A stretch of 64,000 nucleotides of DNA from an uncultured Bacteroidales bacterium (GCA_905235135.1 CAJOKR010000039.1:3972-67971); one strand, 5' to 3'. Shown: positions 22,020 through 32,398, counted from the stretch's first letter. Notes: generated from the sequence alone by a model not told the origin. Numbers and translations: made by a program.

Positions 22020-23078
22020 CTACTCCTGCACCAGCAGCTCCGGGTTCGCCACATAGAGACAGAAATAAGGATTTGTAGCATCGGCGCGGCGGAGCATCAC
22101 GAAAAACGGTTTGTCAAAAATCATCTTTTTGGGTGTCGGTTTCGCTTCCTCTTCTTGCTCTATACTAAGCAGTACGACTTCAAACTCCGCTTCACTCTTC
22201 ACCTCCGCACCTGCCTCGTCCAACTTGAAAGCCGTCCGCTGCCACGCCTTCAAAATCTTATATATCTGAGCATTAGCCTCAAAAAGATTGCCCACCAGTT
22301 TGTCAAAAGAGGCACTGATGTCGAAGTCTATGTCAGGAGCCATCACCACATCGTCATCCAGAAACTGATACTTCCACTTTTTGTTGGCCACAGCCCGCTC
22401 TTTCTTCCCGAGTAGGATCAGACTGTCCGTCGCGGCCGTCATCTCCGCCATCGTCCCATACTTCTTTTCCGTTTTGAACAGGACGATTTCATGCTCTTTA
22501 TCGGTAGGTATTAACTTGATAATGAAGTCCTTGTCGTTTTTATAGTACAGAATTTCCACGATTTGTTTCACATCCTCATTATCGTCGCCATCCACCCCGA
22601 AAGCGGCCACCTGCTGTCCGTCAAACTTCAGCTTGTGCTCATATTTCCGAAGCTTGTAGTCAAATGGCAGCTTTTTCTCAAAGGAGGCGCGAGTGAAGAT
22701 GTAATCCCCTTTCACTTCGCCAACAGACTCATATTCACTGGGGTTCAGCACATCTTGGAACGACGTGGAGGCGTTGAGCAGCTTCAGATCGTGGTATTTG
22801 TCGGGAATAGACAATGGCGTGCCGACGATTTTGCGAACTTCATCCCACGCAAACAGCAGCGTGGCGCAATAGACCGCGTTGGTGTCCGAACAGATGGGAG
22901 ACTCCAACGTCGGGACGAACTGCGTCCGCTGGAACTCCGAAAGGTTCTCTTCTTCAGCGGTCTGTTCCAACAGAGCCTCCTCAGAGACCGGTTCCTCCAC
23001 GGTCGCCTTTTTAGATGAATGCCCGCAAGCAACAAACAGGATTGCCATCAAGACAATACAAAGGTATGTGTTTTTCAT
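22020..23078 (-). CDS. Lipoprotein with serpin-like C-terminus
   Basis: FVAC lipobox; FKLDEAGAEV.. and MIFDKPFFVML..YVANP resemble the serpin hinge and signature. Confidence 0.6.
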   Translation of the reverse strand: MKNTYLCIVLMAILFVACGHSSKKATVEEPVSEEALLEQTAEEENLSEFQRTQFVPTLESPICSDTNAVYCATLLFAWDEVRKIVGTPLSIPDKYHDLKLLNASTSFQDVLNPSEYESVGEVKGDYIFTRASFEKKLPFDYKLRKYEHKLKFDGQQVAAFGVDGDDNEDVKQIVEILYYKNDKDFIIKLIPTDKEHEIVLFKTEKKYGTMAEMTAATDSLILLGKKERAVANKKWKYQFLDDDVVMAPDIDFDISASFDKLVGNLFEANAQIYKILKAWQRTAFKLDEAGAEVKSEAEFEVVLLSIEQEEEAKPTPKKMIFDKPFFVMLRRADATNPYFCLYVANPELLVQE

Positions 23079-23236
23079 ATTGCTTCTCTTTTTTGATCGT
23101 ACAACGACGGCAAAGGAAATTTTATTATATCCATCTAAAATTATTAAAGATATAAATATTAAAATTTTATACACTAACATCCAAAAAAAATTATATCTTT
23201 GCCGCACTAAAAAGAACGAACAAAAGACAATCCATT

Positions 23237-23494
23237 ATGCCACAGATCAGCTACTTTTACGGGATATACATCTTCATGAACTTTTACGACCATAATCCTG
23301 CTCATTTTCATGCATGGTACGGAGACTATAAAGTGTCTATTGAAATCGCAAATGGGAATATTTTAGGGAAAATGCCAAGAAGGGCTTTGAATCTTATTTT
23401 TGAATGGTTAGATCTTCACAAAGAGGAACTCCTGGCGAATTGGGAAAAAGCGAAAAACGGTGACACTCTTGATAAAATCGAACCTCTAAAATAA
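23237..23494 (+). CDS. DUF4160 protein (putative toxin-antitoxin component)
   Basis: MPQISYFYGI.I.M...DHNPAHFHA.YG..EW...H.EEL..NW. Confidence 0.88.
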   Translation: MPQISYFYGIYIFMNFYDHNPAHFHAWYGDYKVSIEIANGNILGKMPRRALNLIFEWLDLHKEELLANWEKAKNGDTLDKIEPLK

Positions 23495-23501
23495 CAGCAT
23501 T

Positions 23502-23804
23502 ATGTTTATTGAAATAAAAAAAGCAGAATATATTAGTGGGTATCAGCTCCGTCTTTGGTTTAATAATGGAGCCGTAAAAGACGTTGATTTATCAGATTCC
23601 TTAAGAGGAAATGTTTTCGTTCCGCTTCAAGACAAGGAGTTTTTCAAGCGTTTTTCCATCCGATTCAACACAATAGAATGGGAAAACGGTGCCGATTTCG
23701 CCCCCGAATACCTTTACGAAAAAGGAGTTGCCGTTTATGAGCCACAGGAAACGACCGAGAATCTCGTGGCCGAGGACAATGCGCCGTATAACACTGAACA
23801 ATAG
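23502..23804 (+). CDS. DUF2442 protein (partner of DUF4160)
   Basis: YQLRLWFNNG..VDL..F.PL.D..F..TIEWENGADFAPEYLY. Confidence 0.88.
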   Translation: MFIEIKKAEYISGYQLRLWFNNGAVKDVDLSDSLRGNVFVPLQDKEFFKRFSIRFNTIEWENGADFAPEYLYEKGVAVYEPQETTENLVAEDNAPYNTEQ

Positions 23805-23950
23805 GACTTTAACTCAAATTTAAGACTTGGAACTTGAGACTTAAGACTTTCGGGAACACTTCACTTGCCGACACGAAACCTCAATAACCCTACACAAGCG
23901 AACGAAGTGCGCAGTGTGAGGCTATTTCGAAAAAATCGTATTTTTGCGGC

Positions 23951-25147
23951 ATGAACAGTTCTACCATCCCCCGCATCACCCTGCGCCCCGGCAAGGAAAA
24001 ATCCCTGCAGCGGCGGCACCCATGGATATTCTCCGGCGCCATCGCCCGCAAAGACAAAGACTTGCGCGACGGCGACATCGTGGAGGTATATGACGCACAG
24101 CGCCAGTACCTCGCCACTGGCCACTACCAGCCCACCACCATCGCGGTGCGCATTTTCAGCTTCGAACAGCGCGACATCAACCGCGACTTCTGGCGCGAGA
24201 AACTGCTGAACGCCATTGACTTCCGCAAGAGCATCCTCCTGCCTAACCCGCAGACCAACATGTACCGCCTTGTGAACGGCGAGGGCGACGGCATGCCCGG
24301 ACTCATCATCGATGTCTATGGCCACCACCTCGTCATGCAGGTGCACTCCATGGGCATGTACCGCCTGCGAGAGACCCTCGCGGAACTGCTCACCGAGCTC
24401 ATCCCCGACACGCAGGCCATCTGCCTCAAAACCGTCATCGAGACCGATGATACTGAAGATGTTGCCTTGGACAGCGGCTGGATTTACGGCCAGCCCGACG
24501 AGGAGGTCATCGCTTCCGAGAACGGCATCCTCTTCAAAATCGACATCCTCAACGGACAGAAGACCGGCTTCTTCCTCGACCAGCGCGACAGTCGCGCCAT
24601 GGTGGGCGAACTGGCCAAAGACCGCACCGTCCTCAACATGTTCTCCTACTCCGGCGGCTTCTCCCTCTACGCCCTGCGCGGCGGGGCGCAACACGTTGAC
24701 TCCGTGGATATTTCACAGAAAGCCATCGACCTCGTGGAGGAGAACGTGCGGATCATGGGCGGCGACTTCGCCCAGCGGCACAACGCCGTCTGCGAGGACG
24801 TGTTCGCCTTCCTCGACCGCATGCCCGACCATTATTACGACCTCATCGTCCTCGACCCGCCGGCCTTCGCCAAGCACCACCGTGTGAAGGAGCAGGGCAT
24901 CAAAGGCTACCGCAATATCAACCGCAAGACGATGGAGAAAATCCGTCCCGGCGGGCTGCTCTTCACCTTCTCCTGCTCGCAGGCCATCAGCCGCGACGAC
25001 TTCCAGACGTTGGTTTTCTCCGCCGCCGCCCTCGCCGACAAGAACGTCCGCGTGGTGCGCCACCTGCAGCACGCCCCCTGCCACCCCGTCAGCATCTTCC
25101 ACCCAGAAGGGGAATATCTGAAAGGACTGCTGGTGGAAATTCGATAA
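23951..25147 (+). CDS. rlmI: RlmI-like class I SAM rRNA methyltransferase
   Basis: PUA RRHPWIFSGA, EGDGMPGLIID, GQKTGFFLDQR, FSYSGGF, LDPPAFAK, FSCS, EGEYLK. Confidence 0.9.
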   Translation: MNSSTIPRITLRPGKEKSLQRRHPWIFSGAIARKDKDLRDGDIVEVYDAQRQYLATGHYQPTTIAVRIFSFEQRDINRDFWREKLLNAIDFRKSILLPNPQTNMYRLVNGEGDGMPGLIIDVYGHHLVMQVHSMGMYRLRETLAELLTELIPDTQAICLKTVIETDDTEDVALDSGWIYGQPDEEVIASENGILFKIDILNGQKTGFFLDQRDSRAMVGELAKDRTVLNMFSYSGGFSLYALRGGAQHVDSVDISQKAIDLVEENVRIMGGDFAQRHNAVCEDVFAFLDRMPDHYYDLIVLDPPAFAKHHRVKEQGIKGYRNINRKTMEKIRPGGLLFTFSCSQAISRDDFQTLVFSAAALADKNVRVVRHLQHAPCHPVSIFHPEGEYLKGLLVEIR

Positions 25148-25156
25148 ACATTCCAC

Positions 25157-25184
25157 GTAGAGACGCAAAATTTTGCGTCTCTAC
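25157..25184. repeat. GTAG REP, perfect 28-bp palindrome
   Basis: gtagagacgcaaaattttgcgtctctac. Confidence 0.9.
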
Positions 25185-25200
25185 CTCCGACCTTGAGCTC

Positions 25201-26457
25201 TCACCAGCGTGCCTGCCGCTTCAACACCTGCGTCATGCAGTGGGCGGCACCGTAGCCGTCGATGAGGCTCTCCAACGGGATCCACTCCACCTTCACGCCG
25301 GCTTCGGCAAAACGCTGCTGCAAAGCTTTCGACTGACCGCCCACCGCCATGATGTGACGCGGCGCGATGGTCAGGAAATTGTTGGCATAGTGCATCTCAT
25401 CTTCGCTGTCGATAGGGACAATGTCATAGTTGCGCTCCTGCAAAAAGCTCACAAAAGAGAGTTCCTTCCGTTGAAGCGTGTATTTTTTCGTGCCGGGTGC
25501 GCGCACCCACACGTCGCAGGTGACGTACTCCGGGTCGTCTTTTTGTGCATTCAGCCGGCTGGAAGTCAGCGTGCAAAGGCCTTTGTCGATAATATTGAAA
25601 TAGGTGTCAAGGTGCATCTGCATCTGCCAGAACTTGTGGTCGCGGACCACCACCACGGTGTCGTGGCCGAAAGCGTCCGCCTCCATCATCTGCCGGATGC
25701 CTTCGTCGTTGGTGCGCATACCGCAACCGATGAACGACAAGGTGCCGGCGGGCAAGTAGTCGCCACCCTCAAGACGTCCCTCGTCCTGGATGCGCAGAAT
25801 CGGTTTCAGACCGAGGTGCGCGTAGCACAGACTGATGATGTCGGCCTCGGGCTCCCGCTGCAGAGAGTTCATATTGCAAATCACATGGCCGCGCGGGGTA
25901 GTAATACTTTGGTCGCGGGTGAAGTAGAGATTCATCAGCGGATTTTGCACATATTGGGCTTCGTAACCCGTATTCATATCGGTTTTGTACAGCACCACTG
26001 TGGGTTGCAACAAGATGCAGCGGATCAGATCGGCGCGGCTCATTTTGGCAAGCACATCCTTTTTGTAACGATCAGCTGCGGCTGCTGCATCGTCATCCAG
26101 CATGGTGACATCATACTGGAGCAGCTCGCCCGCCAACGCACGCAAGCTGTCAATTCCCGTCTCCTCTAAAATCTGCCGCACCGTATAGACCTTGATGCCG
26201 TTCTTCTGCAGCATCTTGATGTAGTTCCGGTGCTCGGCCGCCGCCTTATCCACATCGAAATAGTCCTCAAAAAGTCCCGCCGAGGGATGAATCACTCCAT
26301 TGAACAGTTCCTGTCCAGGGGTGTGCATCAAGATAACCGCCGCCTTCGACCACTCGGCTTGCGGGCAATCCACCTTGTTCTTCTGCGCAAATACACAATT
26401 GATTGAATTACAAACAAATAAAATGACAACTACGGTCCAAATCCTCACTTTGTTCAT
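25201..26457 (-). CDS. Arginine deiminase / amidinotransferase family protein with signal peptide
   Basis: NLYFTRD, LEGGD, RTN, MHLDT, GYGAAHCMT. Confidence 0.88.
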   Translation of the reverse strand: MNKVRIWTVVVILFVCNSINCVFAQKNKVDCPQAEWSKAAVILMHTPGQELFNGVIHPSAGLFEDYFDVDKAAAEHRNYIKMLQKNGIKVYTVRQILEETGIDSLRALAGELLQYDVTMLDDDAAAAADRYKKDVLAKMSRADLIRCILLQPTVVLYKTDMNTGYEAQYVQNPLMNLYFTRDQSITTPRGHVICNMNSLQREPEADIISLCYAHLGLKPILRIQDEGRLEGGDYLPAGTLSFIGCGMRTNDEGIRQMMEADAFGHDTVVVVRDHKFWQMQMHLDTYFNIIDKGLCTLTSSRLNAQKDDPEYVTCDVWVRAPGTKKYTLQRKELSFVSFLQERNYDIVPIDSEDEMHYANNFLTIAPRHIMAVGGQSKALQQRFAEAGVKVEWIPLESLIDGYGAAHCMTQVLKRQARW

Positions 26458-26633
26458 CTTCCAATATCCTTTAAATTTTCGAGCGGCAAAAGTACGTTTT
26501 TTTCTTCTCGAAAAATTTCTGTCCTGGAATAGATAAAGTTGTTATTTTTGCAGCGGCATAGGAGTTGCGGCATTCCGGCCGCAAGAAGGTCGTTTGGAAT
26601 GGCGACACTCCTACATGACAGTTATTATACAAT

Positions 26634-28751
26634 ATGAAAAAAAACACTATGAAGAAGTTGTTATTGGCAACAATGGTTTTGCTTTCTGTTGCGACTTTCG
26701 CACAGCCGCAGCTCTCCGTCTATAACTACGCGCCGATCGAGTCGCAGGGTGGTTTCCCCGCCGACCTGAAGAAGGCCGCGAACACCCCGAAGTCGGACAA
26801 GGAATACAACCCGCTTCTCGTTTCCATGCTCAATCAGGGCAGAATCCTCTACGGCAGCGAGATGAACCAGTATCTCGACAACATCAAAGAGAAGTTACTG
26901 GTCAACCACCCGCAGCTGCAGCAGGAGGTCCACATCTATATCCTGCAGAGCACTCTCGTGAACGCCTATTCGCTGCCGAACGGCACCATCTTGGTGACTA
27001 TGGGAATGTTGGCGCAGGTAACCAACGAGGCGGAGCTGGCCTTCGTGCTGGCACACGAAATCGCCCACTACAGCGAGCACCATGGCAAAGACGACCACTC
27101 GAAAGGCAAAGACAAAGATGTCGTGAGCCGTTACATGCGCTACCACCAGTTCTCCCGTGAGCAGGAGTTCTCCGCCGACCGCGTCGGGTTGCTCTCCTTC
27201 TACAAGGATTCGCCCTACAGCTACGACATCTTCGACGGTCTCTTCGACGTGCTGCTCTACGCCGACCTGCCCTTCGACGAGATTCCGTTCCAGCGTTCGG
27301 AGGTGGAGGAAGACTTCTACCAATTCCCCGACAACTACTTCCTGAAAACGGTCGCCAACATCCCTGACCGCTCGAACATGATCGACACGTTGCTCACCCA
27401 CCCCAACGTGGAGAAACGGCGCTCTTTAGTCAAAGGATTGGCGAACAATCTCTCCAATGAGAGCCGCAAGCGCTTTGTGCAACCCGAAGAGCAGTTCACG
27501 CGGTTGCGCAACGTAGCCCGTTTCGCGTGCATCGAGCGATTTTTGATCAACCACGACTACGACAAGGCCATCTACAACATCCACGTGATGGAGCAGACTT
27601 TCCCTGACAATAACTACCTGCGCCGTGCCTTAGCCACCGCCTACTACGGGGCTGCCAAGCACAAGGGTACCGGACAAACCAGCACTTTTTTGGAGCCCTA
27701 CCGCGATGTGGAGGGCGAACAGCAGCAGGTCAACTACTTCCTGTCCAAAATGAACCGCAACGAATATGCCGCACTGGCCCTGCGCAAGGTATGGACCGCA
27801 CTGCAAGCCGCTCCTCAGGATGAATATCTGCAAAACGTGGCCAAAGACCTCATCAACGAGATTTTCGTGAAGAACAAGATGAAATTCATCGACTTCTGCG
27901 ACTACCCGCAGGGCACCACCTTGGAGGAGGTCGCGCAAGCCGGTGGCGACACCACACGTTCGGCCGCCGCCAACTCCAAATACGACCGCATCAAGCAGCA
28001 GAACATGAGTGCCAAAGTGCTACCCGACCCTAAGTTCAAGACCGTCAACTACATGCTGGTGGATATTCACAGCGACTCGCTCTTCAAAGCTTGGGTGAAC
28101 GATGCGGTAGTGAACGCCGAGATGCAGGCCGTGCTGGATGCCGTTGCCGACTCGAAAATCGGTAATGAAACATCCATGCTCATCACCACCCCAATCTATC
28201 TGACTTACGACAACAACGGTCGTATCAAGAGCCTGGATGCCGACAAGCGCAACGCCGAACGGCTGCAGAAGCTGATGTGCCGCGCCCTCAAACGCAACCA
28301 CATCACTCCGGTAACGCTGACGATGGATTACACCGATCCGACGACCGAGGCGTACAACAATTTCGCGAAGATGCGCCAGTGGAACGAAGATTTCACCAAC
28401 GCCGGCGGCCTCGACATGCGCTACCACACCTCCGACAATCTCGATGACATCGCCGCCGAGTTAGGCAGCCGCAAGCTCTGCTTCGTCCATGTGACCGACG
28501 CACCCGGCCGCGCCTTCTTCCCCAGCAAAATCTACCTGCCTTGGCTCATTCCCGTCTTCCCCTACACTCTACCCGTCGTGGTAAGCGTACTCTGCCTTCG
28601 CACCCGCGAGGTGAACGTAAACTTCCGCATCATCGACGTAGTGGACGGCAAAACGGAAGTGTCCGGCCATTACAGCAACGCCGAAGTGATGGACAAAGCC
28701 TACATCAACGGGTATGTGTATCAGCGATTAGAGCAGTATGTAAGGAAATAA
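26634..28751 (+). CDS. M48 family metallopeptidase
   Basis: NAYSLPNG, NEAELAFVLAHEIAH, FSREQEFSADRVG, THP. Confidence 0.88.
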   Translation: MKKNTMKKLLLATMVLLSVATFAQPQLSVYNYAPIESQGGFPADLKKAANTPKSDKEYNPLLVSMLNQGRILYGSEMNQYLDNIKEKLLVNHPQLQQEVHIYILQSTLVNAYSLPNGTILVTMGMLAQVTNEAELAFVLAHEIAHYSEHHGKDDHSKGKDKDVVSRYMRYHQFSREQEFSADRVGLLSFYKDSPYSYDIFDGLFDVLLYADLPFDEIPFQRSEVEEDFYQFPDNYFLKTVANIPDRSNMIDTLLTHPNVEKRRSLVKGLANNLSNESRKRFVQPEEQFTRLRNVARFACIERFLINHDYDKAIYNIHVMEQTFPDNNYLRRALATAYYGAAKHKGTGQTSTFLEPYRDVEGEQQQVNYFLSKMNRNEYAALALRKVWTALQAAPQDEYLQNVAKDLINEIFVKNKMKFIDFCDYPQGTTLEEVAQAGGDTTRSAAANSKYDRIKQQNMSAKVLPDPKFKTVNYMLVDIHSDSLFKAWVNDAVVNAEMQAVLDAVADSKIGNETSMLITTPIYLTYDNNGRIKSLDADKRNAERLQKLMCRALKRNHITPVTLTMDYTDPTTEAYNNFAKMRQWNEDFTNAGGLDMRYHTSDNLDDIAAELGSRKLCFVHVTDAPGRAFFPSKIYLPWLIPVFPYTLPVVVSVLCLRTREVNVNFRIIDVVDGKTEVSGHYSNAEVMDKAYINGYVYQRLEQYVRK

Positions 28752-28884
28752 CGTTCCCTAGCGAGTTCGAGGCTTTATGTAATATATTCCTTGAGCAGCC
28801 TCGAAGAGGCAACACGCACGGAGTGCAATTTACCCCACACAAGGCGAAGCCGCAGTGTGGGGCCTCCAACAAAAACGAGTAAAT

Positions 28885-29685
28885 ATGAAAAAGATAATAA
28901 CAATACTCATCATCATAACCGGCCTGGCAACGGCCAACGCCCAGATTTACAACTACTTGGGCAACCACGTCATCCTGAACATGGAGGGCTACTTCTCGCC
29001 CGCGTGGTTCAACCCCAACCCGGTGAGCTCGAGTTGGAACATTCCCGAAAGTGCCAAGCGTTACCTCGGGCTGAACTACTTCCTCTCGCCGAGCGTGGAG
29101 CTGATGGTGTGGAAGAAAGGCACCGTCGGGGCCGGCTACAACTACTACAACTCGCCGTTCAAAGGCACCGACTATAGAGTTCAGCTGTATGATGGCTATT
29201 GGGGGTACAACGACTACGGCGAGCTTTACGGGAACATCACCGCCCATGGGTTCAACGTCTATTATAAGCAGTATCTCGGCGACGGTTTCGCCCCGCTGGG
29301 CCATCACTTCAAATTCACCTTCGACGGGTATTTCTACCACTACCAGATGGACACGGAAGGCAAGCAGTTCCGGATTTCCTCCGACGTGCCTGTGGAGGAA
29401 AGAGAGGCCATCTTCGACAACAAGGGCTGTCTTTTCGGGATCAAAGCCGAGTACGGCTACGACCTGGTGGTGTTCAACCGGCTGAAGCTGACCTTCGGTG
29501 CGAGCATCGGCACTACCTTCGGGGGATACCGCGCCCCCAGCGCAAGAATCCGCGACGAACTCCCCATGTTCGATATCGGAGACAGACCCCACGAGCCTCT
29601 CACCTACAACGATTACGCCCGCGGCCGCATCCTCGGCGCCTACTGGTTCGGCATCAAATTGGGGGTCGGATTTATCGCGTTCTGA
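28885..29685 (+). CDS. Hypothetical outer-membrane beta-barrel-like protein
   Basis: Signal peptide, alternating aromatic strands, C-terminal Phe. Confidence 0.65.
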   Translation: MKKIITILIIITGLATANAQIYNYLGNHVILNMEGYFSPAWFNPNPVSSSWNIPESAKRYLGLNYFLSPSVELMVWKKGTVGAGYNYYNSPFKGTDYRVQLYDGYWGYNDYGELYGNITAHGFNVYYKQYLGDGFAPLGHHFKFTFDGYFYHYQMDTEGKQFRISSDVPVEEREAIFDNKGCLFGIKAEYGYDLVVFNRLKLTFGASIGTTFGGYRAPSARIRDELPMFDIGDRPHEPLTYNDYARGRILGAYWFGIKLGVGFIAF

Positions 29686-29704
29686 AGCAGGACGATGCCC
29701 TCCC

Positions 29705-29732
29705 GTAGAGACGCACGGCCGTGCGTCTCTAC
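29705..29732. repeat. GTAG REP, perfect 28-bp palindrome providing the TAG stop of the fucosidase
   Basis: gtagagacgcacggccgtgcgtctctac; stop codon at 29729-29731. Confidence 0.9.
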
Positions 29733-31273
29733 AAATCCTCCAGAATATTATCCATGAATAATCCGATGCGGTTGAGCACAATGCAGGCGCGGCTCTGATC
29801 GATGACAACCCGCACCTTTTTCGTCGTGACCGTCTCCGTAAGCACAATCCGTTTGTAGCCGATGGTGGTCTCCTCGGCGATGGTGCGCCAGTTGCCGTTC
29901 TCATCCTCGATCTCAATGTGGAACTTCTCCACCCGCTGTCCGAGAGGGATGTACTCTTGCAGCATCACGCGGTTGAAGGTCTGCGGTTCGTAGAACTGAA
30001 GCTCCACCCAGGCAGTGGTCACGGTGTCGTCAGTGGCCCAATAGGTGTCATAATTATCGCCAATCAGATGAGCCGGGCAATATCGAAAAGACCGACAATG
30101 GTTTTCACGGTCCCGCATATAAGCCGGAATATTATCCCAACAACGGCAAGATTCGTGATCGCTATTGCGAACGTTTGAGGCACAAATCCCAAAAAATCTT
30201 TTGGCATCTGCTGCTTCTGTCACCAAATCGTGCGCGAAAATGCTGTCCAACGCGGCGCGGAACTCCACCAGGCGCAGGGAGTCCTCTGCGGGGATGAGGC
30301 CGCGGCTGTCGGGCGGCACGTTGAGCAGCAGCAGGGAGTTGCGGCCCACGCTGTTGTAGTAGATCTTCAGCAGCTCCTGCACGCTCTTCGGGTGCTCGCT
30401 GTCGCGCCAGAACCAGCCCGGCCGGATGGAGACGTCCGTTTCGGCGGGAATCCAGCACGCACCGTTGTAGTTGCCCGCGTTGAGCGTGTCCTGCGAGGGA
30501 GCGTTCGCGCCCGGCTCGCGCCCTTCCACGTCGAGCCGCCAGGTGCGCCCGCAGGTGCCCTCCTCGTTGCCGACCCAGCGGCATCCCGGACCCACATCGC
30601 TGAAAATCACCGCATTGGGCTGTAACCTCTTCGTCTGCGCGTTGAACCGTTTCCAGTCATAGACCTGCTTCTTGCCGTTCGGCCCCTCGCCGTTGGCCCC
30701 GTCGAACCACTGCTCGAAGATAGGGCCATAATGCCGATGGGCACTTTGTAACGTCTTGAGAAACACCTTGTTGTATTCGGGTGTGCCGTAAGTGGGCGCG
30801 TTGCGGTCCCAGGGGGAGATGTAAATCCCGAACTTCACGCCGCCTTTCTTGCACGCCTCCGACAGTTCCTTCAGGACATCGCCCTTGCCGTTGCACCACG
30901 CGCTCTCGCGCACGGTGTGCGCGCTCATGGGATTCGGCCACAGGCAGAAGCCGTCGTGGTGCTTGGCGGTGAGGATAACGCCCTGGAAACCAGCATTCTT
31001 CGCCACCGTCACCCACTGGTTGCAGTCGAGGGCGGTGGGGTTGAAGATGTCCTCCGCCTCCGTGCCCTCGCCCCACTCCAAACCAGTGAAGGTGTTGGGC
31101 CCGAAATGGCAGAACATGTTCATCTCCATGCGTTGCCACGCCACCTGCGCGGCGGTCGGCACGGGACCGTAGGGTTTCGGCGGGTCGGCGGGCTTCACTT
31201 TCGGAGCATATTTCTGCGCTCCCACGGATAGCCCGAGGAGGAGAAGGCAGACAAGAAAATAACATCGTTTCAT
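29729..31273 (-). CDS. Alpha-L-fucosidase GH29 with F5/8-type C-terminal domain
   Basis: HFGPNTF..EWG, TAKHHDGFCLW, YISPWD, WFDGANG, DVSIRPGWF, GQRV. Confidence 0.92.
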   Translation of the reverse strand: MKRCYFLVCLLLLGLSVGAQKYAPKVKPADPPKPYGPVPTAAQVAWQRMEMNMFCHFGPNTFTGLEWGEGTEAEDIFNPTALDCNQWVTVAKNAGFQGVILTAKHHDGFCLWPNPMSAHTVRESAWCNGKGDVLKELSEACKKGGVKFGIYISPWDRNAPTYGTPEYNKVFLKTLQSAHRHYGPIFEQWFDGANGEGPNGKKQVYDWKRFNAQTKRLQPNAVIFSDVGPGCRWVGNEEGTCGRTWRLDVEGREPGANAPSQDTLNAGNYNGACWIPAETDVSIRPGWFWRDSEHPKSVQELLKIYYNSVGRNSLLLLNVPPDSRGLIPAEDSLRLVEFRAALDSIFAHDLVTEAADAKRFFGICASNVRNSDHESCRCWDNIPAYMRDRENHCRSFRYCPAHLIGDNYDTYWATDDTVTTAWVELQFYEPQTFNRVMLQEYIPLGQRVEKFHIEIEDENGNWRTIAEETTIGYKRIVLTETVTTKKVRVVIDQSRACIVLNRIGLFMDNILEDL

Positions 31274-31393
31274 ACGCAAAAAGAATTCATGGATAAAAAA
31301 AATTCGGGAGAAGGGTGTTGTATTAAAAAAAGTGTATTTTTGCCGTGATATTAAAATGATATTATTTTAATCACAGATCTAAATCATAAAGTT

Positions 31394-32359
31394 ATGGAAT
31401 CCAAAGAGTTCAACAAACAAATGAATGCAGCGAACAATGGTTTTCTGCACCTTTTCATTAACCTGGCGCTGCTGGTTTTCTTCATCTGGATAGTGGTCCG
31501 CTTCGCCAAATTCGACTGCATGACGGATGCCGAAGGTGAAGTCACACCTTGGATCCTGCTGCCCATCGTAAGCGGATTTGTGCTGCTCATGACCTATGTC
31601 ATGCACCTCGCCGGATTCATCACCGTGCAGCCGAACGAATCTCGGGTGCTCACCTTCTTCGGCAAATACTCCGGCACGGTGAAGCAGAACGGCTTCTTCT
31701 GGGTCAATCCTTTCTACAGCAAGCAGAAAATCTCGCTGCGAGCCAAGAACATGGACGTGGAGCCCATCAAGGTGAACGACAAAAACGGCAACCCCATCAT
31801 GATCGGTCTGGTCCTGGTGTGGAAGATCAGCGACACCTACAAGGCTTGCTTCGAGATCGATTCCGACTTCAAGGTTGCCGAGAACGCCATCTCGACCTCC
31901 AAGAACTTCGACCCCTTCGTGCGGGTGCAGAGCGATGCCGCATTGCGCAAACTGGCAGGCCTGTATGCCTACGACAATATCGACCGCGCCGATGAGGGCA
32001 TGACTCTGCGTTCGGGTGGCGACGAAATCAACGAACGGTTGGAAGACGAGCTGCGCAAACATTTGGAAATCGCCGGCATCGAAGTGGTGGAAGCCCGTAT
32101 CAACTACTTAGCTTACGCCGCCGAAATCGCCAGCGTGATGTTGCGCCGCCAGCAGGCCGACGCCATCATCTCCGCCCGCGAGAAAATCGTGGAGGGTGCC
32201 GTCAGCATGGTTGATCTCGCCCTGAAGAAGCTCTCCGAAGACAAGATTGTGGTACTGGATGAGGAACGCAAGGCCGCCATGGTCTCCAACCTCTTGGTAG
32301 TCCTTTGCGCCGACGAATCCGCATCGCCGGTCATCAACACTGGAACGTTGTATCAATAA
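31394..32359 (+). CDS. SPFH / band 7 domain protein
   Basis: VQPNE..FFGKY.GTV, KVNDKNGNPI, LRRQQA..AR..IVEGAVSMV, MVSNLLVVLC. Confidence 0.92.
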   Translation: MESKEFNKQMNAANNGFLHLFINLALLVFFIWIVVRFAKFDCMTDAEGEVTPWILLPIVSGFVLLMTYVMHLAGFITVQPNESRVLTFFGKYSGTVKQNGFFWVNPFYSKQKISLRAKNMDVEPIKVNDKNGNPIMIGLVLVWKISDTYKACFEIDSDFKVAENAISTSKNFDPFVRVQSDAALRKLAGLYAYDNIDRADEGMTLRSGGDEINERLEDELRKHLEIAGIEVVEARINYLAYAAEIASVMLRRQQADAIISAREKIVEGAVSMVDLALKKLSEDKIVVLDEERKAAMVSNLLVVLCADESASPVINTGTLYQ

Positions 32360-32368
32360 CCGCAATGC

Positions 32369-32398
32369 TGTAGAGACGGGGCGCGCCCCGTCTCTACA
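32369..32398. repeat. GTAG REP, perfect 30-bp palindrome
   Basis: tgtagagacggggcgcgccccgtctctaca. Confidence 0.9.
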
